A DNA stretch of 64,000 bases, taken from positions 13,888,001 to 13,952,000 of the forward strand of contig OX597823.1 in the NCBI GenBank assembly GCA_951406725.2, written 5' to 3'. Source of the DNA: Octopus vulgaris. Its lineage: Eukaryota. How positions within the stretch are numbered: position 1 is the stretch's first letter; the number at the start of each line of letters is the position of its first letter. Positions 56,030 to 64,000 of the stretch are shown in pieces. Under the pieces are notes generated by a model that made no database searches, had not been told where the DNA came from, and saw only the letters and a program-made list of their open reading frames with translations. The translations under genes were made by a program, and so were the position numbers.

Positions 56030-57890
56030 TGCACAGTTTGTACCTTTTTCTTTATTTTTTCTTTATCATGGTCTGTTTCTCTTTTTTAAAAAATAAAACA
56101 ATTTTACTTCCTTTTTTTTCCCCTTTTTTTAAAATATCTCATAAAAGGTACAAGATCTTTCAATTCTACCACTGGTGGCAATTCACCAAATTCCACCGCC
56201 ATCACCTGGCGGATCAATGCCTCATCCACACATTTCTTGCAGCCTGCTGCACCTCCTCTCCTTGCCGACCACAATGGCCTTCACATTCACCGAATAAACA
56301 TCTGTGGGCAACTTCACCCTTATAATGGACTTGAATTTCATAATTTTCTTTCCCGTTTCTTTAATTTTAGAGTAGGTTACAAAATTCCACCGATAATTTC
56401 TCACTTTTGTTGCTTGTTTTCCCTTTACTTGTTCTACCCCTAGTACCTTTTCTTTTTCCTCCTCCACTCTGAATAATGTCGCCATTTCACCCTCATACAG
56501 TTGTTCGCCTAAATCCTTCTCCTCCAATGGTATAACCAGTGTCCTTCCTGCTGTCTCCTCCTTCTGAAACTCCTCCCCGAGCTCCTTTTCAATCTCCTTG
56601 TTAACCATCTTCTCACCTTCCTCCCTTTCAACTTCTTTCTCAACCTCTTTCTCTGCCTCCTTAACCACTTCTTTCTTCTTTTTCTGCCTCTCTGGCAGAG
56701 AGCTCACTCTTTCATTTCTCTTTCGCTCCTTTACCACCGTAAACTACCCCTCTGTTCCTGTCGTCTCCCTCACCTCGACGAGCACCACCTGGCCCACACT
56801 CTCCAGCTCCCCAGTCTGTTCCATCGGTTTTTGCTCCCTTTCTAGGGGCTCCTCGCCTTCATGTGACCCCCTCCTCTCCACATAAGCATCTCCTGGCGGA
56901 TCAATGCCACTTCCACACATTTCTTGCGGCCTGTTGTACCTCTCCTTGTCGACCACAATGGCCTTCACGTTTTCTAAATAAACATCTGTGAGCAACTCCA
57001 CCCTTATAATGGACTTGAATTTCATAATTTTCCTCTCCGTTTCTTTATTTTTAGCGTAGGTTTCAAAATTCCACCGATACATTCTCACTCTTGTTACCCT
57101 TCTCTCACGCCACTCTCCACTCTCCACCACCACTCCCAGTCCTATATCTTCGGGTGGTAACACTTCCTCTGCAATTCCGTTGAGATCCTCCAAACTCGCT
57201 TGTATAGCCATCTCTATGCCATACCCCCAATAATTCAACTTTTTGATTCTCGATGCCTTGAGTATCTTGGCATCCTCCTCCATGTTAAACATTATGGCTG
57301 CCATCAGCCATGTTTCCTTTATCTCTGGGGGTACTTTGGCAACTCTCACCCTGGCAATACGCTTGCCAGAGTACGTCGGCAAAAGTACCCATTCTTCCGT
57401 TCATATGGCTTCCGTGGAGTGCTTTATCGCTTCGTCTTCCGTCGTGAAAGGCACCTCCACTGTACCATACTTTCCTACCCGTTTGATAAACGTGGTAAGT
57501 TTCTTAATGTCCTTCAGGTAGTTCTCAATAGCTTCAATAGCTGCTATTTCTATCTTCCTTGTTGATAATCTCAGAGTTTTAAATATTACCGTTCTCTTGT
57601 TTACACTGCTTGTGAGTTCCGCAGGTGGCGTCAATTTAACGTGCTTCCCTCCTTTTTTAAAAGTTTCCCACATTCTTTCATCTTCTTCGGCTCGACCTTC
57701 ACTTCATGAATCTCCAAAGTTTCTACTTCTATTCCTCTACAAGTTGCTGCCGCATAACCGTGGCCTCCTGGTGGCACTTTCTCCATCTTTGCCACAATGG
57801 GACGGAAGCAAACAATACAACAATAACAGTAACAGCAAATTCAACAATCAATAATCATAGATACACCCTCGAGGGTAGAACTTCAGCAAT
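56030..57890 (-). mobile_element. 5' part of a Tx1/L1-like LINE: disrupted ORF1 with an internal ~200-bp duplication
   Basis: ORFs 57401-57673, 56744-57382 and 56222-56737 (RTVIFK...GKYGTVEVPF...LLPTYSGKRIARVRVAKVPPEI). 56204-56405 duplicates 56891-57090. Confidence 0.65.
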
Positions 57891-57891
57891 C

Positions 57892-58220
57892 AGGCGCAGG
57901 TGTGGCTGTGTGGTAAGTGGCTTGCTTACGAACCACATGGTTCTAGGTACAGTCCCACTGCGTGGCACCTTGGGTAAGTGTCTTCTGCTATAGCCTCGGG
58001 CCGACCAAAGCCTTGTGAGTGGATTTGGTAGACGGAAACTGAAAGAAGCCCGTCGTATATATGTATGTGTGTGTGTGGGGGGGTGGGGGTGGGTGTGTAT
58101 GTTTGTGTGTCTCTGTTTGTCCCCCTATCATTGCCTGACAACCGACACTGGTGTGTTTATGTCCCCGTAACTTAGCGTTTCGGCAAAAGAGACCGATAGA
58201 ATAAGTACTGGGCTTATTCT
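57892..58220 (+). mobile_element. SINE family A, 3'-truncated
   Basis: ggcgcaggtgtggctgtgtggtaag...accgatagaataagtactgggctt. Confidence 0.9.
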
Positions 58221-58224
58221 ATCG

Positions 58225-58234
58225 TGCAGAGACA

Positions 58235-58304
<70 letters not shown>

Positions 58305-58457
58305 CGACGGGTTTCTTTCAGTTTCCGTCTACCAAATCCACTCACAATGTTTTGGCCGGACCGAGGCTAGAGTAGAAGACACTTTCCCAAGGTGCCACAC
58401 AGTGGGACTGAACCCGGAACCATGTGGTTAATAAGCAAGCTACTTACCACACAGCCG
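58225..58457 (-). mobile_element. SINE family A 5' half, inverted against the previous copy
   Basis: Reverse complement of the family head through the internal microsatellite. Confidence 0.9.
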
Positions 58458-58633
58458 CAAATTCTTCAGAGTTTCAGAAAAGCACCCTACCTAGTTTTAC
58501 AGCAGTTGATTCCAAGTCGGCATGTGTGCGTAATTTCCTCCAAATATTATAAGCAATGTTGTTCCGCTCAACTGTGACAGTGTAACCGCAAACGAAGTAT
58601 TTGGTACTTTCTAGGTTGTTCGAAGGTGATGGA

Positions 58634-59018
58634 TGGAAGCACTCCGTCGGTTACGACGATGAGGGTTCCGGTTGATGCGAATCAACGGAACAGCCTGCTC
58701 GTGAAATTAACGTGTAAGTGGCTGAGCACTCCACAGACACGTGTACCCTTAACGTAGTTCTCGGGGATATTCAGCGTGACACAGAGAGTGACAAGGCCGG
58801 CCCTTTGAAATACAGGTACAACAGAAACAGGAAGTAAGAGTGAGAGAAAGTTGTGGTGAAAGAGTACAGCAGGGATCATCGCCATCCCCTGCCGGAGCCT
58901 CGTGGAGCTTTAGGTGTTTTCGCTCAATAAACACTCGTAACGCCCGGTCTGGGAATCGAAACCGCGATCCTATGACCGCGAGTCCGCTGCCCTAACCACT
59001 GGGCCATTGCGCCTCCAC
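58634..59018 (-). mobile_element. SINE family R with a third type of 3' tail
   Basis: Reverse strand gtggaggcgcaatggcccagtggttagggcagcggactcgcgg...ttcgattccc. gaaggtga on both sides (58622, 59020) may be a TSD. Confidence 0.9.
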
Positions 59019-59467
59019 TGAAGGTGAGCAGAAAGGCAGAAATCACACATTTTTCAGTTTGTGTTGTGTCAGAGGTGAAAAACATTTGTTGCCGATGATA
59101 TTTCTGAAACAGTAGACTGTTCGAGGAACAACATGTGTTATTGTTATTGTAGAAACATGTAAGATAGGTTTCCTTGATTAAGAAACTATTAAATGATCAG
59201 ATGTGGGGGAAAAACTGCGATGGCTAGGAGTGTTAAAATGAGCGGTATCTTAGACCTATCATTGGCAATAGCTTGTCTTTCAGAACTGGGGGGGGGGGGG
59301 CGGGTTCGCGTGCTGTTTCTATTGGTTATTTATATTCAGAAGTCACCAAGCTCCTCGACAGGTTGTCATGGAATCGCGTGTTTAAAAACAAAACCAGAAA
59401 TGAAACTAATCCTGAGTGCATGTCTCTCTAATGTTAAGCGAGTTGCAAGCTGCCAGAACGAAAGAAC

Positions 59468-59484
59468 CGAAGGAAAGGAAGGAA

Positions 59485-59529
<45 letters not shown>

Positions 59530-59882
59530 GAAGGAAAGAATGAAAAAAAGAAAGGAAGAAAGGAAGGAAAAAAAGAAAGGAAGAAAGGAAGGAAGGAAGG
59601 AAGGAAGGAAGGAAGGAAGGAAGGAAGGAAGAAAGAAGGAAGGAAAGAATGAAAAAAAGAAAGGAAGAAAGGAAGGAAGGAAGGAAGGAAGGAAGAAAGA
59701 GAGAAAAAAAGAAAGAAAGGAAGAGAGAAAGAAAGAAGGAAGGAAGGAAAGAAAGGAAGAAAGAAAGAAAGAAAGAAAAAAGGAAGGAAAGAATGAAAAA
59801 AAGAAAGGAAGAAAGGAAGGAAGGAAGGAAGGAAGGAAGGAAGGAAGAAAGAAAGAAAGAAGGAAAGGAAGAGAGAAAGGAA

Positions 59883-59916
<34 letters not shown>

Positions 59917-60082
59917 AGGAAGGAAAGAATGAAAAAAAGAAAGGAAGAAAGGAAGTAAGGAAGGAAGGAAGGAAGAAAGAAAGAAAGAAAGAAGGAAAGG
60001 AAGAGAGAAAGAAAGAAAGAAAGGAAGAGAGAAAGAAAGAAAGAAAGGAAGAGAGAAAGAAAGAAAGAAAGAAAGAAAGAAA

Positions 60083-60116
<34 letters not shown>

Positions 60117-60251
60117 AAAAAAGAAAGGAAGAGAGAAAGAAAGAAGGAAGGAAGGAAAGAAAGGAAGAAAGAAAGAAAGAAAGAAAAAAGGAAAGAAAGA
60201 AAGAAGGAAGGAAGGAAGGAAAGAAAGAAAGAAATGAAGAAAGAAAGAAAT

Positions 60252-60284
<33 letters not shown>

Positions 60285-60373
60285 AGGAAGGAAGGAAAGG
60301 AAGGAAAGGAAGGAAGGAAAGGAAGGAAGGAAGGAAGTAAAGGAAAGAAGGAAAGGAAGAAAGAAAGAAAGGA

Positions 60374-60404
<31 letters not shown>

Positions 60405-60435
60405 GAAAGAAAGGAAGAGAGAAAGAAAGAAGGAA

Positions 60436-60472
<37 letters not shown>

Positions 60473-60683
60473 GAAGAAAGAAAGAAAGAAAGAAAGAAAG
60501 GAAGGAAGAAAGAAGGAAGGAAAGAATGAAAAAAGAAAGGAAGAAAGGAAGGAAGGAAGGAAGGAAGGAAGAAAGAAAGAAAGAAAGAAAGAAGGAAAGG
60601 AAGAGAGAAAGAAAGAAAGAAAGGAAGAGAAGAAAGAAAGAAAGAAAGGAAGAGAGAAAGAAAGAAAGAAAGAAAGAAAGAAA

Positions 60684-60721
<38 letters not shown>

Positions 60722-60863
60722 AAAAAAGAAAGAAAGGAAGAGAGAAAGAAAGAAGGAAGGAAGGAAAGAAAGGAAGAAAGAAAGAAAGAAAGAAAAAAGG
60801 AAAGAAAGAAAGAAGGAAGGAAGGAAGGAAAGAAAGAAAGAAATGAAAGAAAGAAAGAAATGA

Positions 60864-60899
<36 letters not shown>

Positions 60900-60951
60900 A
60901 GGAAAGGAAGGAAGGAAAGGAAGGAAGGAAGGAAGGAAGGAAGGAAGGAAA

Positions 60952-61020
<69 letters not shown>

Positions 61021-61057
61021 GAAGAAAGGAAGAGAGAAAGAAAGAAGGAAGGAAGGA

Positions 61058-61124
<67 letters not shown>

Positions 61125-61155
61125 GAAGAGAGAAAGAAAGAAGGAAGGAAGGAAA

Positions 61156-61201
<46 letters not shown>

Positions 61202-61205
61202 ATGG
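59468..61205. repeat. ~1.7-kb almost pure polypurine (GAAA/GGAA)n tract
   Basis: Directly visible. The 754-aa and 619-aa ORFs are artefacts. Confidence 0.95.
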
Positions 61206-61334
61206 AAGGAAGAATTGGAAAAGAATTGAGCAGAGATTATAAAAGAACAGAAGAAAATTTTCCAAAGAAAATTAAAGGAGAAAGTATGGGAGAAGAGAGA
61301 GAAGAAAGAAGCAAACACACAAAGATGCCTGGAA

Positions 61335-61373
<39 letters not shown>

Positions 61374-61753
61374 CAGACACAGACAGACTGGCAGAAAGAC
61401 AGACAGACAGACAGACAGAGAAGTGCAGGCAGGCCGACAGACAAACAGATAGAGACACAGACAACAGAGAGTGGGTGGGAGGAATAAGTGTGTAAGCGAA
61501 AAGTATTCAGATTGAGACCGTAGGGTTGAGACTGAGCCAAACATTTCAGTAAACAGCATCTGACAAGCTGAGGAGAAAATATATGTAGACATGAAAGGGG
61601 GGGGGGGACCAACAACAACAACAACAACAACTGAAGACTTGTGGTACAAAAATAGATAAGATACTACTAATTAACCTCTAGTGAGATATATATATATATA
61701 TATATATATAGCATAATTAAATCTCAGAATGAGATTGAAACAGTAATCGCTCG

Positions 61754-62167
61754 ATAATGTAAAGTATAGAAGCCATCTTATCATGGCTAACCACATAGGG
61801 GAGGGGGTGTTACTGTAGCTTTATAGCCCAAAGAGATCGTCGTCTCTCGCTGGCTTTAGACACCATATCAGTACCCTTGAAGTATTTGCAAAGAGAGGCC
61901 ATCCCTTCCTCGCAAGCCTACACCCCCTTTCGTCGCATCCTGGTGGTTACCGCCCGTTGACAAGGGACAAAAATCCCGAAACTAGTCCGAGCGTATCACT
62001 CAGGCTTGCGAGGAAGGGATGGCCTCCCTTTGCAAATACTTCAAGAGCACTGATATGGTGTCTAAAGCCAGCTAGAGACGACGATCTCTTGGGGCTATAA
62101 AGCTACAGTAACACCCCCTCCCCTATGTGGTTAGCCATGATAAGATGACTTCTATACTTTACATTAT
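61754..62167. mobile_element. 166-bp inverted repeat enclosing a degenerate hammerhead
   Basis: Arms at 61754-61919 and 62002-62167 have few mismatches. The spacer contains cgcccg TTGACAA ggga-caaaaa-tccc GAAAC TA GTC cgagcg. Confidence 0.9.
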
Positions 62168-62734
62168 ATATATATATATATATAAAGAGAGAGAGAGAGA
62201 GAGGGAGAGATTTTGGGAATATTTAATTGTGTGTATGTGTGTGTGTGTGTGTGCCTGTATGTGTGCGCGTGAAAGACTGCTACAGCGAATGCGATATAAA
62301 TATGCATATATAATTGCAGCGGGAGTGATCATGGAATCCTGTGGTCGGTAAGCAAGCTACTAACCACACGTCCACTCCGAATTTGTTTAAATGTGTATAG
62401 AATTATAGATCAGTCGAATAAAGTTATAACATGATTTGGTTTTCACGTTTTTTATTATTTTATTTTAAAAAAATATATTTTTACAATGTTGAAATGTGTT
62501 AAACATTCAAAAAAAAAAGTATTTAGTAACGTTCATAATGTTCACTTAGTGCTTTCATATGTTCATAGTAATCATCAGATTTCAAAATCTATTGACTGAC
62601 AGTTGAGTTGAGTGCTTGATAACTGTAGTAAAATAACTGACTTCTTCCTTTTTATACCATTTAGAAGGCTCCGAACTGCTGAATTTTTTTATACGGTTTT
62701 GACCAATCAACATAAAGCTTAAACGTCTCCGTTT

Positions 62735-62792
<58 letters not shown>

Positions 62793-63677
62793 GTTTAAAT
62801 ATTTGTTGTGCAAGATTTTTTATGTGAAGTCGTGTGTTGAAATAGATATTGTTATATTTCGGAATGGTCATTTTGCCAGTTTAGCCAATAAAAACATACG
62901 CACTATATATTTGGTGTTACTTTGCTTCAGTGTTATTTATTTTTTACATTCATCTTAATCTTATTTCGGCCAGAGTTCTTTCGTCACACTCCTGTGACCG
63001 CATCAGTGGTCCTTTGTTTTCTTCTTACTTATTTGTGTCTCTCCTTACTAACCGTCAGCCATTTTGTATTTCTATTGTATGTCTTCATTTGCGCATGCTT
63101 ATATCTCTATGTGCGTTTATGTTTATTTAGTGTGTGTATGTGGGGGTGCCTGTAATATTTGTATCTTCTGTTTATATATGTTCATGTAATTTGTAATTTT
63201 TTTTTATATGGTCATGTAATTTGTATTTTGTTTTTTGCTTTTTGTTTTTGTTGTTTTTGTTTATTCTTATTTTGTTCATGTGTTTCCATCCACCCGTTAT
63301 TAGGGGAAACGGCAAGAAGCATAGGAGAGCGGGTAAATGAGCATTGGAGACAACTCAAGAAAGGTAAAAGCTCTTCGATTCTGTACCAACACGCCGAACA
63401 AGAACACGGGGGATCAATCAATAACATAGAAATTAAAATATTATCCACACACAGATCAGATGCAACAATTAGACAAATTACAGAAGCTACACACATAATA
63501 GAAAATAAACCTAGCCTGAATAGAAAACTAGAATGGAGCACTAACACACACCACAACATATGACGATAGAGGATCCTGAAAACATAATAAATACACAGAT
63601 AAATAAATAAACTAATAGAAATAAATAACTATATATATATATATGTATATGTATATGTATATATATATATGTATATA

Positions 63678-63720
<43 letters not shown>

Positions 63721-64000
63721 TTTGTTTTTTTGGGGTTTTTTTCGATTCAATTTATTATCATTATTACTAGCATTGTTGTTATACATACATACATACATAC
63801 ATACATACAAGCATATGTAATGATAATAATGGGTGGATGTAAACACATGAACAAAATAAGAATAAACAAAAACAACAAAAACAAAAAAAACAAAATACAA
63901 ATTACATGAACATATATAAAAAAAAATTTTTTTAAATTACAAATTACATGAACATATATAAACAGAAGATACAAATATTACGGCATCCCCCACATACACA
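62793..64000 (+). mobile_element. 5'-truncated Penelope-like element: inverted pLTR copy, GIY-YIG fragment, 3' pLTR (runs off the window)
   Basis: 63303-63563 reads GETARSIGERVNEH...SILYQHAEQEH...RQITEATHIIENKPSLNRK. 63133-63301 is the reverse complement of 63825-64000. Confidence 0.9.
62968..63011 (-). ncRNA. Type I hammerhead variant in the inverted pLTR
   Basis: cca CTGATGC g gtcaca-ggag-tgtgac GAAA GAA CTC tgg. Confidence 0.65.

Noticed and set aside
59366-61630. 754-aa, 619-aa and 404-aa ORFs
   Set aside because: Translations of (GAAA/GGAA)n that lack stops only because of composition.

Overview
Repeat-saturated, AT-rich eukaryotic DNA, most likely an octopus/coleoid cephalopod genome (inferred from the tRNA-derived SINE families and extreme microsatellite load; not verified). 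I found no intact host protein-coding gene, and nearly all long ORFs in the track are translations of microsatellites. The window holds many tRNA-derived SINEs of several families, fragments of R4/Dong, CR1 and Tx1/L1-like LINEs, two mariner relics and several Penelope-like element (PLE) fragments. The main signal is about 16 intact, variant or truncated type I hammerhead ribozyme (HHR) motifs. They include a near-identical 361-bp tandem repeat with retrozyme architecture, a tRNA-headed SINE ending in an HHR with a 15-bp target-site duplication (TSD), and three divergent HHR elements sharing an apparently covarying ~120-nt structured module downstream of the cleavage site. All calls come from manual reading; no folding or database search was run.
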